NCBI GenBank assembly: GCA_963745835.1
Contig: CAVUZH010000003.1
Location: forward strand, 992,001 to 1,056,000
Length of the DNA stretch: 64,000 nt
Reading direction: 5' to 3'
Origin: an uncultured delta proteobacterium
GTDB lineage: Bacteria > Desulfobacterota > Binatia > UBA9968
In this document: in pieces, positions 30,091 to 45,423 of the stretch
Layout: the number at the start of each line of letters is the position of its first letter
Numbering within the stretch: position 1 is the first letter of the stretch
Notes under the pieces: model-generated
The model's input: the letters and a program-made list of their open reading frames with translations, nothing else
What the model was told of the DNA's origin: nothing
Databases searched by the model: none
Translations under genes and position numbers: made by a program

Positions 30091-30232
30091 GATCAGAAGA
30101 CTCCTCAGTTGCACGCAGTTGCATCAGCTCCTCTTCCGCGCACCGGACGCGGCGCTTCAGCGCAAACAGGTAAGTCACGATGAAGCCCCAGACAATGCCG
30201 TAAGCTAGAAAGACAAATCCCCAAGAGCCCAC
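30077..30232 (-). CDS. ccmD: Haem exporter protein D (51 aa; below the ORF-track cutoff)
   Basis: GTG start overlapping the ccmC stop; MGSWGFVFLAYGIVWGFIVTYLFALKRRVR..., a TM helix plus basic tail between ccmC and ccmE. Confidence 0.8.
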   Translation of the reverse strand: MGSWGFVFLAYGIVWGFIVTYLFALKRRVRCAEEELMQLRATEESSDHGKK

Positions 30233-30939
30233 TAATAGGCTCCTTGGTTAAGCCGGCGAGTCTTGATTTCGCTTCGTACTTCACCGAGACGGAGGCGAAG
30301 CGAAAGAAGATAAAAATAGAGCAGAAGGAATCCAACAAAATTGATCGCCAGGGCAGTCAACATTGCCGGATGAACATTCTCCCATGGAAGCTTATCAGGC
30401 CGCAGGATCGACGGCGGCTGATGCAGGGTGCGCCACCAGTACACCGACATATGGATCAATGGAATGTCGAGAAAACCGATAATCCCAAGGATGGCGGCAG
30501 ATAATGCGGCGCGATCTTCATCGTCAATCAGAGAGCGAAGCATCAAGTATCCACTATAAATCAAGAGCAGAATGGCCGTTAACGTCAAGCGGGCATCCCA
30601 GGTCCACCAGACGCCCCAGGTCGGCTTGCCCCAGATTGACCCTTCGATGATGGTCAATGCGGTGAAAAGGACGCCGAGCTCAGCGGCTGAATGAGCTAGA
30701 TTATCATCCCGCTTTTCACGTTTCCATAAGTACAGGCAGCTACCGATAAAAACCAGGAAGAAGGAAAGGTAGGCGGTAAGAATACTCGGCAAATGAAGAT
30801 ACATGATGCGCTGGACATCGCCCTGAAGAGCATCACGGGGCGCTTGTACGAGCGCCCAGTAGAGCCCAAACGCAATCGTGATCAGCGCCAAAGCGCCGAG
30901 AAACCTGGCGCGACTTTTTTGGGGCTGCTCTTTTTTCAT
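30232..30939 (-). CDS. ccmC: Haem exporter protein C
   Basis: YLHLP, WGKPTWGVWWTWDARLT, WWRTLHQ. Confidence 0.96.
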   Translation of the reverse strand: MKKEQPQKSRARFLGALALITIAFGLYWALVQAPRDALQGDVQRIMYLHLPSILTAYLSFFLVFIGSCLYLWKREKRDDNLAHSAAELGVLFTALTIIEGSIWGKPTWGVWWTWDARLTLTAILLLIYSGYLMLRSLIDDEDRAALSAAILGIIGFLDIPLIHMSVYWWRTLHQPPSILRPDKLPWENVHPAMLTALAINFVGFLLLYFYLLSLRLRLGEVRSEIKTRRLNQGAY

Positions 30940-31616
30940 TAGATTTCGATCACCCAGTCGAATACCAGCACTCCTAACGTCAAAAATATCACATCAAATC
31001 CGATAAGAAGACGCAACCACGGAAGCGCGTCGCCGATCTCGCCAGCCCGAAGCACAGCTCCCAAGCACTGGATCGTTGCCAGAATGACCGGAATCATCAG
31101 CGGAAAGAGCACCAATGGAAGCAACAGTTCGCGAGCCCGGGCGCGTAAGGTTAATGCCGACATGACCGTGCCCAGCACGCAAAAACCTACGGTTCCCAAT
31201 AAGGCAATCAAGAAAACCTGGGGCACTAAAATCCATGTCTGCAGATTAAATAGTATCCAGAACAGCGGGATGATGACGAGCTCGACAAGCAGCATCAATA
31301 TAAAGTTCAAACAGGCTTTGGCCAGAAAGAGCGCGCCGCGGTCGAGAGGCGAAAGCAACAACGCATCGAGGCATTGATTCTCCCGCTCGGCGCCAAACAG
31401 TTGGGCGAGTCCTAGGGTTCCGGTAAACAGAAATGCGAGCCACAGGAGACCAGGGGCCATTTCCGAAACTCTATCCGGCACCAGATCGAAGGAGAGGTGA
31501 AAAACGAAGAGCAGGAGTGTGCCGAAGAAAAACATAGTCAGCAGGCTGTCGCGCCGGCGCAGTTGCAAAATCAGATCTTTGCGCAGGACGAGATAGGTTT
31601 CTCGGAGCAGCTTCAT
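30939..31616 (-). CDS. ccmB: Haem exporter protein B
   Basis: PGLLW, ERENQCLDALL, LLPLVLFPLMIPV. Confidence 0.92.
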   Translation of the reverse strand: MKLLRETYLVLRKDLILQLRRRDSLLTMFFFGTLLLFVFHLSFDLVPDRVSEMAPGLLWLAFLFTGTLGLAQLFGAERENQCLDALLLSPLDRGALFLAKACLNFILMLLVELVIIPLFWILFNLQTWILVPQVFLIALLGTVGFCVLGTVMSALTLRARARELLLPLVLFPLMIPVILATIQCLGAVLRAGEIGDALPWLRLLIGFDVIFLTLGVLVFDWVIEI

Positions 31617-32321
31617 GCTTCTCCATGCGGCAAAAATTCCCGGAAAGCCTGGTCGAAATCGGGCCAGGGTTGTTGGCGCGGCGCGTTGAAAGTCATTCGC
31701 CCCTGGTGGAGGATGATCGCGCGACTACAGATCTTCAGCACGCGCGAAACATGATGCGAGGCCAGAATCACAAGATTGCCTTTCCGGCAGTGAGCCTTGA
31801 GAAATTCTTCGAGCAGATCAACGCCGCTGCCATCGAGCACTCCGTAGGGTTCGTCGAGCAACAGCAGTCCCGGTTTGAGCAAATCCCATTTGGCTATCGA
31901 GAGACGGCACTTCATCCCGCTGGACAGTGTCGATACGAATTCGTCGGCTCGGTCGCTGAGATCCACCGATGCGAGCGCCGAACTGATATTACTGGCATCG
32001 TGTTTTCCGGCCATACAACGAGGTGAAAAACTCCAGGTTTTCACGCACGGTAAGATCTTCATAAAGGTGGGCGGCAGGCGCAAGTAGGCCGATCTGAGCT
32101 CGCGACGATCCATTGGCGCGTGACAATGGCATACGGTCAAGCTCAATCTTTCCAAGGCTCGCTGGAGTCAGCCCGGCGATTAGTTTTAGTAGGGTGGTCT
32201 TACCGGCACCGTTGGGTCCGAGTAGAGCGACGAGTTCGCCTGGCGGGAGATCCAAGTTCAGGTCTTTTAGCGCCCAAAAAAAACCGTAAGCCTTGGACAA
32301 CTTCTCAACCGTCAAACGCAA
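31613..32321 (-). CDS. ccmA: Haem exporter ATPase (frameshift in an A-run near 32003)
   Basis: GPNGAGKTT in 31989..32321; LSSGM and LLLLDEP in 31613..32155. Confidence 0.88.
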
Positions 32322-32500
32322 CGGAGTACCTGAAAGGAGTGCCGCGAATTCATCGGAGTTGATCGAATATAGTGATCGAAGATCAAGGATTCAAGCCTGT
32401 TTCGGACTGCGTCTATCGTGGAGAAGTCGATTGACGATTTTCACCGATGTCGCCTATGTGTTAGAGTCGCGCGAATTTCGAGCGACAATGAGGAGGAGTT

Positions 32501-33196
32501 ATGAACCCCGTGGTTACCGTGACCGGCGCCTGGAACGCCTTCGCAACTAAGATCGCTGCATTCCTACCTGATCTTATCGCAGCCATTTTCATCGTCGTAT
32601 TTGGTTGGATCCTCTGTAACATCATCAAGCGCATCGTCATTCGTGTTCTTCGCCTGGTTCATTTTGACACCGTCGCTGAACGCGCCGGCATAAAGCAAAT
32701 TCTCGAACGCGGTGGAATTCAGCAGAGCCCCTCCGAAATTCTTGGCCTACTATTCTTCTGGTTCCTCTTTTTGATCGTGATAGTCGCGACCTTAGAAACG
32801 CTCAACCTTAGCGGCGCCACCGATACGCTCAACGCAATCTATCTGTATCTCCCGAAGATTGCGGCGGCAATCGTCATGTTGATTCTTGGCCTTTATTTCG
32901 CGAATTTTCTAGAAACCGTCACTCGAACTTCCTGCGCCAACGCCGGATTGGAGCAGGCTGGCTCGATCGGGCGCGCCGCTTACGTCATTACAACAATATT
33001 CGTCGTTGCGGGGATTTTTGAAATCCTCGATATCGCCTCCGAGATTGTTATTTGGGCTTTTATTCTCGTCTTCGGCGCGGTTTGCCTGGCGTTGGCTTTA
33101 GCCTTCGGTTTGGGCGGTAGAGAGGTTGCCGGCCGTTACCTCGAAAAATGGTTGGAACAAAAAGATAATGATAAGACGAAATTGATGCAGCCGTGA
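32501..33196 (+). CDS. Conserved TM-helix repeat membrane protein (MscS-associated/CmpX-like)
   Basis: Two repeats (FLPDLIAAI, YLPKIAAAI) and LALAFGLGGRE. Confidence 0.78.
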   Translation: MNPVVTVTGAWNAFATKIAAFLPDLIAAIFIVVFGWILCNIIKRIVIRVLRLVHFDTVAERAGIKQILERGGIQQSPSEILGLLFFWFLFLIVIVATLETLNLSGATDTLNAIYLYLPKIAAAIVMLILGLYFANFLETVTRTSCANAGLEQAGSIGRAAYVITTIFVVAGIFEILDIASEIVIWAFILVFGAVCLALALAFGLGGREVAGRYLEKWLEQKDNDKTKLMQP

Positions 33197-33405
33197 GATT
33201 CAAGTCGCGCAGCAATCCCATCACTGTGGCCGGACGCATGACCGTCTGGGTTCTGTAGGTTGGTATTCCGAACAGCGAGTCTGAAAAAAACTAATATCCG
33301 CAATCCTCCCGGCTCTTGGGATTGACGCTTGCGTGCTTTGGTAGCCAATTCCTTGACTCCCTCAATCCAATCAGATAACTTCGAAGCATTCAAAATTTTT
33401 CGAAC

Positions 33406-33443
33406 AATGCCTAAGGGTTAGATTAAACTCTTAGGCATTTTTA
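33406..33443 (+). promoter_or_regulatory. Terminator-like hairpin in the icd leader
   Basis: AATGCCTAAGGGTT-AGATTA-AACTCTTAGGCATT followed by a T-run, about 10 nt before the GGAGG RBS. Confidence 0.6.
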
Positions 33444-33459
33444 CAGGTCGAGGGAGGCT

Positions 33460-34866
<1,407 letters not shown>

Positions 34867-34916
34867 GCGGCCAGCGCAGGCGAGTGCTGAATTTGATCGA
34901 ACTAATTGAGGATTTT

Positions 34917-35861
34917 ATGCCTAGGAAGAAGATAGCGCTGATCGGTGCCGGAAATATCGGCGGTTCGATGGCGCACCTTTGTTTGCTCAAGGGATTGGGT
35001 GATGTGGTTCTTTTCGATGTTGTAGAGGGATTGCCCCAGGGCAAGGCGCTCGACTTATCTCATGCCGGACCGGTCGAAGGCTTTGACGGCAATGTCATTG
35101 GCACTAATACCTATGAAGATATTGCCGGCTCCGACGTTTGTATTGTCACGGCAGGAATTGCCCGGAAACCCGGCATGAGCCGCGATGATCTTCTCGGAAC
35201 CAACGCCAAAATCCTTACGTCGGTTGCCGACGGAATAAAGAAACACGCCCCGAATTCGCTGGTCATTGTTGTTACCAACCCGTTGGATGCGATGGTCACA
35301 TTGATGAAAAGGGCCACCGGTTTTCCAAAAAACCGAGTTGTCGGACAGTCCGGCATCCTGGACTCCTCCCGGTACCGCTCGTTCATTGCCCGGGAACTAA
35401 ACGTTTCAGTGAATAGCGTCGCCGCCATGGTATTAGGCGGTCACGGAGACGACATGGTTCCGGTTCGCAGCACCTGTATTATCGGCGGCGTGCCAGTTGA
35501 AAAGCTGATTCCGAGCAAGCGACTTGACGAGATCGAAGCCCGGGTGCGCAATGCCGGCGGCGAGGTGGTCGCGTTGTTGAAGACCGGATCGGCTTATTTC
35601 TCACCCGCATCGGCTGCCATTCGCATGACCGAAGCTTATCTGTTTGACAAAAAGGAAATTCTACCTTGCGCGGCGTTGCTCGATGGCGAGTACGGCGTCA
35701 ACGGCTATTACTTCTGTGTTCCGGTGATCCTAGGCGCCGGCGGCGTCGAAAAGATCATCGAAATCGATTTGCACGCGGCGGATAGAAAAGCGTTCGACGA
35801 GTCGCTCAATCACGTTAAAGATATTGTTCAAGCAATGGACCGTGTGTTGGGCGGCACTTGA
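34917..35861 (+). CDS. mdh: Malate dehydrogenase (LDH-like)
   Basis: [28 protein letters not shown]; ATG 34917 after GAGG. Confidence 0.95.
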   Translation: MPRKKIALIGAGNIGGSMAHLCLLKGLGDVVLFDVVEGLPQGKALDLSHAGPVEGFDGNVIGTNTYEDIAGSDVCIVTAGIARKPGMSRDDLLGTNAKILTSVADGIKKHAPNSLVIVVTNPLDAMVTLMKRATGFPKNRVVGQSGILDSSRYRSFIARELNVSVNSVAAMVLGGHGDDMVPVRSTCIIGGVPVEKLIPSKRLDEIEARVRNAGGEVVALLKTGSAYFSPASAAIRMTEAYLFDKKEILPCAALLDGEYGVNGYYFCVPVILGAGGVEKIIEIDLHAADRKAFDESLNHVKDIVQAMDRVLGGT

Positions 35862-35888
35862 TCCTTTGTTTGCAAGTCAAACGACAAG

Positions 35889-35923
35889 GAGGCCCTGAGA
35901 CTTGTAGATAGTCTTAGGGTCTC
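35889..35923 (+). promoter_or_regulatory. Stable hairpin between mdh and sucC
   Basis: GAGGCCCTGAGACT-TGTAGAT-AGTCTTAGGGTCTC (G-U pairs), followed by GTTTTGTT. Confidence 0.6.
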
Positions 35924-35943
35924 GTTTTGTTGCGAGCTTACGT

Positions 35944-37110
35944 ATGAATATCCACGAATATCAAGCCAAAGAGATTCTCAAGGGTTACCGGGTCCCGGTT
36001 CCCCGGGGCGAAGTTGCGGCAACGCCGGAGGAGGCCAAAGCGGCGGCAATTAGGCTTGGCGGCGGCACCTGTGTCGTAAAAGCCCAGATTCATGCCGGCG
36101 GGCGCGGCAAAGCGGGCGGCGTGAAGCTGGCGCGCAACCCTGAAGAGGCCGAACAAAAAGCTCGTGAGATGATCGGCAGAAATCTCGTAACCCATCAAAC
36201 GGGACCGGAAGGCCGCCGGGTTAGACGAGTGCTGATCGAAGAGGGGTTGAACATTGACCGTGAGCTCTACCTCGCTCTGGTTCTCGATCGCGCCGAGTCG
36301 CGAGTTTCAATGATCTGCTCCTCCGAAGGCGGCGTCGAGATCGAAGAGGTTGCCGAAAAACATCCCGAAAAGATCTTGAAAGAGACCATCGATCCGGTGA
36401 TCGGCCTGGCGGGTTTTCAATGCCGGCGGCTTGCCTATGGTCTCAACATTCCGGGTGAGCTGGTCGGCAAAATGACCGCTGTCATGCAAGCCCTGTATCG
36501 CGCCTTTGACGATGCCGATTGTTCGATCGCTGAGATCAACCCTCTAATCATCACTAAAGAGGGTCAGGTCATGGCATTGGACGCTAAGATGAACTTCGAT
36601 AGCAATGCGCTCTATCGGCATAAAGATATCGTCGCGCTGCGTGATCTGAACGAGGAGGACCCGCGCGAAATCGAAGCAAGCAAGTTTGAGCTCTCCTATA
36701 TCTCCTTGGATGGTAATATCGCTTGCATGGTTAACGGCGCCGGCCTGGCGATGGCGACCATGGATATCATCAAGCTGTGCGGTGGCGAGCCGGCGAATTT
36801 TTTGGATGTGGGCGGCGGCGCTTCCAAAGAAAAAGTTGCACAAGCCTTTAAAATTCTCCTTGCCGATCCTCGAGTGCGCGGTGTTCTGATCAATATTTTC
36901 GGTGGCATCATGCGCTGCGATGTGCTGGCTCAGGGTATCGTCGATGCGGCTCATGAGATGAACATTCAAGTGCCTCTGGTGGTGCGGATGGAGGGCACCA
37001 ACGTCGGTCAGGGCAAGAAGATTCTCGCCGATTCCGGTATGGCGATCATCCCTGCCGAAACGATGGCGGAAGCGGCAGAAAAAATCGTTGCCGCCGTGGA
37101 GAAGCGATAG
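35944..37110 (+). CDS. sucC: Succinate--CoA ligase beta subunit
   Basis: [40 protein letters not shown]. Confidence 0.97.
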   Translation: MNIHEYQAKEILKGYRVPVPRGEVAATPEEAKAAAIRLGGGTCVVKAQIHAGGRGKAGGVKLARNPEEAEQKAREMIGRNLVTHQTGPEGRRVRRVLIEEGLNIDRELYLALVLDRAESRVSMICSSEGGVEIEEVAEKHPEKILKETIDPVIGLAGFQCRRLAYGLNIPGELVGKMTAVMQALYRAFDDADCSIAEINPLIITKEGQVMALDAKMNFDSNALYRHKDIVALRDLNEEDPREIEASKFELSYISLDGNIACMVNGAGLAMATMDIIKLCGGEPANFLDVGGGASKEKVAQAFKILLADPRVRGVLINIFGGIMRCDVLAQGIVDAAHEMNIQVPLVVRMEGTNVGQGKKILADSGMAIIPAETMAEAAEKIVAAVEKR

Positions 37111-37128
37111 TCTCTCAGGTAATCTTAA

Positions 37129-38004
37129 ATGGCTATTCTGGTAAACAAGCAGACCCGAGTATTGACCCAGGGAATCACCGGCGCCACCGGGCAATTCCAT
37201 ACCACAGCATGCAAAGAATACGGCACTCAGATGGTAGGCGGCGTGACCCCCGGCAAAGGCGGCACCAGCTATGACGGGATACCCATATTCGATACAGTTG
37301 CCCAGGCTGTAGCCGAGACGGCAGCGAATGCCACGGTCATCTATGTGCCGCCGCCGTTTGCCGCTGATGCGATTCTCGAGGCTGCTGACGCCGGCATCCC
37401 GTTGATCATCTGTATCACCGAAGGCGTGCCCGTGCGCGACATGGTACGAGTCAAACGGTACCTGACCGGTAAGACCTCGCAGCTGTTAGGACCCAATTGT
37501 CCCGGCGTGATTACACCCGGCGAGTGTAAGATCGGCATCATGCCTGGGCATATTCATCGACAGGGGAGCCTCGGTGTGGTTTCGCGCAGCGGCACCCTGA
37601 CTTATGAGGCTGTCGATCAGTTGTCCCGTCTAGGCCTGGGACAATCGACCTGTGTAGGAATTGGCGGTGATCCTGTGCATGGTTTTGAATTCGTCGACGT
37701 GCTGGACCTGTTTAATCGTGATCCGGGCACTGAAGCCGTCGTCATGATCGGCGAGATCGGCGGCAGCGCGGAAGAAGAAGCTGCCGCGTGGATCAAAGCC
37801 AACATGAAAAAACCAGTGATCGGCTTTATCGCCGGTCAAACTGCACCGCCGGGCAAGAGAATGGGACACGCCGGGGCAATTATCTCGGGAGGCAAGGGTA
37901 CCGCCCGTGAAAAGATTGAGGCGATGAAAGCGGCAGGCATCAGAATGTCGGAGTCGCCGGCAACCATCGGCCAAACAATGCAGGAGGCTCTAACGAAATC
38001 ATGA
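37129..38004 (+). CDS. sucD: Succinate--CoA ligase alpha subunit
   Basis: [27 protein letters not shown]. Confidence 0.97.
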   Translation: MAILVNKQTRVLTQGITGATGQFHTTACKEYGTQMVGGVTPGKGGTSYDGIPIFDTVAQAVAETAANATVIYVPPPFAADAILEAADAGIPLIICITEGVPVRDMVRVKRYLTGKTSQLLGPNCPGVITPGECKIGIMPGHIHRQGSLGVVSRSGTLTYEAVDQLSRLGLGQSTCVGIGGDPVHGFEFVDVLDLFNRDPGTEAVVMIGEIGGSAEEEAAAWIKANMKKPVIGFIAGQTAPPGKRMGHAGAIISGGKGTAREKIEAMKAAGIRMSESPATIGQTMQEALTKS

Positions 38005-38429
38005 CTGAAGTAACGCTGTCGATTATCAAACCCGACGCGGTGCAGCGAAATCTCATTGGCGAGATTCTCCGACGCTTTGAATCGGCCGGCTTGAAAGTGG
38101 TGGGGGGAAAGTTGCTCCGGCTCTCGCCCGAGCGCGCGCAGGCGTTCTATGCGGTGCACAAGGAGCGACCATTTTTTGCCGGCTTGTGCACGTACATGTC
38201 TTCCGGTCCAATTTTCGTTTCGGTACTCGAGGGCGCGGGCGCCATCGCCAAAAACCGCGAGATCATGGGCGCCACCGACCCAGCTAAAGCCGCCCCAGGC
38301 ACGATTCGTAAAGATTGCGGCACCGACGTCGAAGCCAATGCAGTGCACGGTTCCGATGGTCCGGAAACAGCCGGCGCTGAGATCGCTTTCTTTTTCAAAC
38401 CGGAAGAGGTCTTTCGATCTTCGAAGTAA
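38001..38429 (+). CDS. ndk: Nucleoside diphosphate kinase
   Basis: IIKPDAV, PGTIR, NAVHGSD. Confidence 0.97.
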   Translation: MTEVTLSIIKPDAVQRNLIGEILRRFESAGLKVVGGKLLRLSPERAQAFYAVHKERPFFAGLCTYMSSGPIFVSVLEGAGAIAKNREIMGATDPAKAAPGTIRKDCGTDVEANAVHGSDGPETAGAEIAFFFKPEEVFRSSK

Positions 38430-38456
38430 ACAATCTGCCGATTCACGAGCGCTCTT

Positions 38457-39518
38457 GTGGTGAAGCCAAATATCAAGGATTTGAGCTTCAACGATTTTGA
38501 AGCCTATCTGCTCGAGCGCAAGCAGCCGGCTTACCGCGCGCGCCAGGTATGGCAATGGCTGTACCAGAAACACGCTATTTCGTTCGCAGAAATGACCAAT
38601 GTCTCGGGAGTTTTCCGCGAACAGCTAGCGGCAGATTTCAGCATTAGCCGGCTGGCAGTCGAGCGCAGGGCGGATTCCGCCGATGGCACGATAAAGTTTC
38701 TGTTTCGATTGGCTGACGATCGCAGCATTGAGAGTGTTTTGATTCCTGAAACGAACCGACTGACTCTTTGCATTTCAACTCAGGTCGGTTGCGCTTTTGG
38801 TTGCGCGTTTTGTGCTACTGCGCTTCTGGGCCTGAAGCGAAATCTTCGTGCCAGCGAAATTATCGATCAGATCCTAGAAGCAAGCCGGACTCTGACGGAA
38901 GACCGGCGGATTACAAATATAGTGTTGATGGGCATGGGAGAACCGCTGGCGAATTACGCGCAAACGGTCGAGGCCCTCAGAGTGATGACCGACAACAGCT
39001 GGGGCATCGGCATCTCGCCGCGACGAATCACCTTATCGACCGTTGGACTGGTCCCGCAGATACGCAAATTGATGGATGAAACCAACGTGAGTCTGGCCAT
39101 TTCGCTGCATGCCGCCAGTGACGAGTTGCGAAGCCAGTTGATGCCGGTAAATCGCAAGTACTCATTACGGCAGTTGATGGATTGCTGCCGGGCCCTGCCG
39201 ATTCCGCGGCGCAAGCGTATTACCTTCGAGTACGTACTCTTGCGCGGCGTCAACGATTCGGCCGCGGACGCTCATAGTTTGGTAGAACTGTTGCGCGGTG
39301 TCCGCTGTAAGATAAACCTGATTCCTTTCAATCCGCATCAGGGCAGCCATTATCAACGGCCGGAGACCGAGAGCGTCGAGGACTTCCAGCAGATTCTTTC
39401 CTCTAACGGGCTGCAGGTCAATGTTCGCCGTCCGAGAGGCGATGACATTGCCGCTGCCTGCGGTCAGTTGCAAGGTGAAACAATCAAGGAGACGGAAGGC
39501 GCGGCCGGTCACTGCTGA
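38457..39518 (+). CDS. rlmN: 23S rRNA m2A2503 radical SAM methyltransferase
   Basis: CISTQVGCAFGCAFC, MGMGEP, SLHA, AACGQL. Confidence 0.95.
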   Translation: MVKPNIKDLSFNDFEAYLLERKQPAYRARQVWQWLYQKHAISFAEMTNVSGVFREQLAADFSISRLAVERRADSADGTIKFLFRLADDRSIESVLIPETNRLTLCISTQVGCAFGCAFCATALLGLKRNLRASEIIDQILEASRTLTEDRRITNIVLMGMGEPLANYAQTVEALRVMTDNSWGIGISPRRITLSTVGLVPQIRKLMDETNVSLAISLHAASDELRSQLMPVNRKYSLRQLMDCCRALPIPRRKRITFEYVLLRGVNDSAADAHSLVELLRGVRCKINLIPFNPHQGSHYQRPETESVEDFQQILSSNGLQVNVRRPRGDDIAAACGQLQGETIKETEGAAGHC

Positions 39519-39532
39519 AATCATCGAACAAC

Positions 39533-40394
39533 ATGAACAAACAAGTCGTCGGTGTGATCGGTGGCAGCGGCCTTTACCAAATTGAAGGCTTGCAGCACGT
39601 CCGGGAACTTGATGTCAGCACTCCTTTCGGAAAACCTTCGGACAAATTCATTCGAGGATTGCTGGGTGAGACGGAATTGCTGTTCCTGCCGCGTCATGGC
39701 AGAGGGCATCGTTGGTTACCCACCGAGATAAATTTTCGCGCCAATATCTTCGGCATGAAAAAGCTCGGGGTTGAGAGGATAATCTCGGTAAGCGCGGTCG
39801 GCAGCCTGCAGGAAAAGATCGCGCCCGGTCACGTGGTCATACCCAACCAATTCATCGATCGCACGACACAACGCCCGAGCACCTTTTTTGGCAAGGGTGT
39901 AGTCGCTCATGTCAGTTTGGCCGACCCGTTCTGTAAAGAACTCTCGACGGAGTTGGCCAATGCGGCGAACGCAGCGGGGGCTACGATTCACCAAAGCGGC
40001 ACCTATCTTTGTATGGAGGGGCCGCAGTTCTCAACTCGCGCCGAATCGCATCTTTATCGCAATTGGGGCGCCGACATCATCGGCATGACCAACCTGCAGG
40101 AAGCCAAATTGGCTCGAGAAGCAGAGATCTGTTTCGCCACCTTGGCGTTGGCTACCGATTATGATTGCTGGAATGAATCGGCTGGTGATGTGGAAATCGA
40201 CCACGTGCTGGCGGTCTTGCAGCAGAACGTCGATTTGGCGAAAGAGGACCATCCGGGAGGCGATTAAAAATATCAGCGATGCACGCACCTGTGGCTGCGC
40301 CTGCGCCTTGAAAACCGCGATCATCACCGAGAAATCCAAAATCCCCAAGAAAGTACGGCGTGATCTGCGCCCGATCATTGGCAAATACCTATGA
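39533..40394 (+). CDS. mtnP: S-methyl-5'-thioadenosine phosphorylase (frameshift near 40244)
   Basis: IGGSG, RHGRGH, EGPQFST, GMT, TDYDCW; C-terminus is in 40161..40394. Confidence 0.9.
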
Positions 40395-41297
40395 GCATTT
40401 TAGTTGTTGGAACCGTCGCTTTCGATTCAATTGAGACCCCGTTCGGATCCGCTGAGCGGATTCTCGGCGGTTCGGCATCCTACTTTGCGTTGGGCGCTAG
40501 TTTTTTCGCTCCGGTAAGGATCGTTGGCGTAATCGGTCAGGATTTTCCGCAAGAATATTTGGATCTGTTTAGCCAACGGCAAATCGATCTCAAGGGCATC
40601 CAAAAGGCGAGCGGCGATACCTTTCACTGGCGCGGCAGATATCACGAAGATATCAACGTGCGCGATACGCTGGAGCTTCACCTTAATGTTTTGTCCGGTT
40701 TTGTGCCTGATCTTCCGGAGCGAGTATCGTGACGCCGAGTATGTCTTTCTCGGCAACATCGACCCTTTGATGCAGCTCGAAGTGCTCAATCAGATTCGCC
40801 GCATGCGCCTGGTGGTCTGTGACACGATGGATCACTGGATACGCGAAAGCCTGGACGGTTTACGCCAGGTGCTAAAGCGCATCGAAATGCTGGTAGTCAA
40901 CGATTCCGAAGCACGGCTGCTAAGCGGTGAGAGCAATATCGTGCGCGCGGCGCGCGCGATACTTAGAATGGGCCCGAAGGTCGTACTCGTCAAGCGCGGC
41001 GAATACGGTGTGCTGCAGTTCTCCGATTCATCAATTTTTGCTACCCCGGCTTATCCATTGGAAGAAGTGTTCGATCCTACCGGCGCCGGCGATTCTTTTG
41101 CCGGAGGCTTTCTCGGGCAATTGGCTCGCTCCGGGGACTTGAGTCAGCAGGGTATCCGTCGGGCGATCGTCTATGGCACCGTGGTGGCCTCCTTTACCGT
41201 GGAAGATTTTGGCGTCAAACGGTTGGCCAGCATTGCTATGCACGATATCGAGGAACGCTACCGAAGTTTCGCGCAGCTCACTGATTTTCACACCTGA
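40391..41297 (+). CDS. PfkB-family carbohydrate/nucleoside kinase (frameshift near 40717)
   Basis: GGSASY, NDSEA, KRGEYG, DPTGAGDSFAGG. Confidence 0.88.
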
Positions 41298-41301
41298 TCT
41301 G

Positions 41302-42257
41302 ATGGACCTTTCTGATAGTCATCCCGGTTTTCAATGAAGAGGAAAATGTCGAGCCGCTCATCTCCGAAATCGAGGCCGCGCTAGACTCTCTGGGCAAGCG
41401 TTATGAAATAGTCGTTATCGACGACGGCAGCCGGGACAGTACTTTCCAAATTCTCGCGGAGATTTACAAAATTGACCCCCACCTTCGGGTTATCCAACTC
41501 AAACGAAACTTCGGACAAACCCCGGCATTGGCGGCTGGGCTTGCGCATGCCACGGGTGAAGTAGTGGTAATGTTGGATGGCGATGGCGCAAAATGATCCG
41601 GCGGATATTCCGGCCCTTTTGGTAAAACTGGAGGAGGGCAATGATATTGTCTGTGGCTGGAGGTACCGTCGCCAAGACCCATTTCTCAGACGCCGCCTGC
41701 CATCAATGATCGCCAATTCGCTGATTTCGTGGACGACTCAGGTCAAACTCCACGATTACGGCTGTACGTTGAAGGCGATACGCAAAGACATCGCCAAGAA
41801 TCTTAAGCTTTACGGCGAAATGCATCGCTTTATTCCCGCGATTGCGTATGAGCGCGGCGCAAAGATCGCCGAGCTGAAAGTCAATCACCGGCCCCGATTG
41901 CGCGGCAGATCGAAGTACGGCATTACCCGAACGGTACGGGTGATTTTAGATCTCATGACGGTCAAGTTTCTAATGAGCTACTCGACCCGGCCGTCGCATA
42001 TCTTCGGAATCATCGGTATTGGCAGCGGCGGTATAGGTTTTCTTCTGGGTATTTATCTCACGGTTCAGAAGTTGGTGTATGATATGGAAATCGGCGGCAG
42101 GCCACTTTTATTATTGGCGGTCATGCTAATCTTTGTCGGCTTCCAATTTGTCACCATGGGGCTGCTGGGAGAAATGTTGTCGCGCACTTATCATGAGTCT
42201 CAGGACAAGGCGGTATTTGTTGTCGGTGAAATTCTCGGGGAGAGGAGCTGTGCATGA
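41302..42257 (+). CDS. GT2 glycosyltransferase, DPM/ArnC-like (two frameshifts near 41314 and 41586)
   Basis: Manual translation [38 protein letters not shown]; C-terminal TM pair. Confidence 0.85.
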
Positions 42258-43551
42258 AACTTGCGGTCATCGGAACCGGGTATGTTGGATTGGTAGCGGG
42301 AACTTGTTTTTCGGAAACCGGCAATGAAGTTATTTGTGTCGACATAGACGAGACCAAAATCGCAACACTTCAGCAGGGGAAGATTCCCATCTACGAGCCC
42401 GGCCTGGAAGAAATGGTGCGCCGTAATGCTGAAGAGCAACGTTTGATGTTTACCACCGATGTAAATTCAGCGGTGCGAAACTCGTCGATCATTTTCATCG
42501 CCGTGGGCACGCCGCAAGGCCTCAACGGTCATGCCAATCTGGAATATGTCCGTAACACCGTCCAAAAGTATCGCCAAAGCCATGGACGGCTTCAAAATCA
42601 TCGTCACCAAGAGCACTGTCCCGGTCGGCACCGCGGATCAGATTCGGCAGTGGATGTCCGAAGAAACATCCCAGCGATTTGCCGTGCTCTCCAATCCCGA
42701 ATTCATGAAGGAAGGCGCTGCGGTAGAAGACTTCATGAAACCGGACCGGGTCGTTCTCGGCGGCGATGACGCCGAAGCTTTGGAGATCATCAAAGAGCTC
42801 TACGAACCGTTCCTGCGCACCGGCAATCAGATACTGGTGATGGATAGCCGTAGCGCTGAGATGAGCAAGTATGCCGCCAATGCCATGCTTGCGACCAAAA
42901 TTTCGTTCATCAACGAAGTTTCGCGCTTATGCGAGTACATGGGCGCCGACATCAACGATGTGCGCCGGGCAATCGCATTGGACCGGCGTATCGGCCAACA
43001 TTTCATCTTCCCGGGAGTAGGTTATGGCGGTTCCTGCTTTCCCAAGGATATCCGCGCGATTATCAGCATGGGCGGCGACCAAGAAGAGATGTCTCTGATG
43101 AAGGCGGTGGAACAAGTCAACGAGCGCCAAAAGAGAGTTTTGGTCGAAAAGGTCAAGCACCGTTTCGGCGCAAAGCTCTCAGGCAAGATCTTTGCGGTTT
43201 GGGGGCTAGCGTTTAAACCGCGCACCGACGACATGCGCGACGCCCCGGCCATTGTGGTGATTGAAGCACTATTGCAAATGGGCGCTCGAATCCAGGCGTT
43301 CGATCCCGAGGCAACGGTGGAAGCCAGAAAAATATTCGGCGATCGAATCGTCTATGCCGCGCGAAATTACGATGCGCTGGACGGCGCCAGCGCTCTGCTG
43401 GTGCTTACCGAGTGGAACGAGTTTCGCCGGCCGGATTTCGAGCGCATCAAGGAACTACTCAAAGAGCCTATCATTTTCGACGGACGCAATATCTATGATC
43501 CCGTGGATTTGAAAAAACTCGGCTTCGACTATTACTCGATAGGACGCAAAA

Positions 43552-43559
<8 letters not shown>
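42254..43559 (+). CDS. ugd: UDP-glucose 6-dehydrogenase (frameshift near 42562)
   Basis: [36 protein letters not shown]. Confidence 0.92.

Positions 43560-45419
<1,860 letters not shown>

Positions 45420-45423
<4 letters not shown>

Noticed and set aside
25295-32321. ccm operon or the CcmH-CcmI fusion as a novel system
   Set aside because: Standard System I cytochrome c maturation; such fusions are already known
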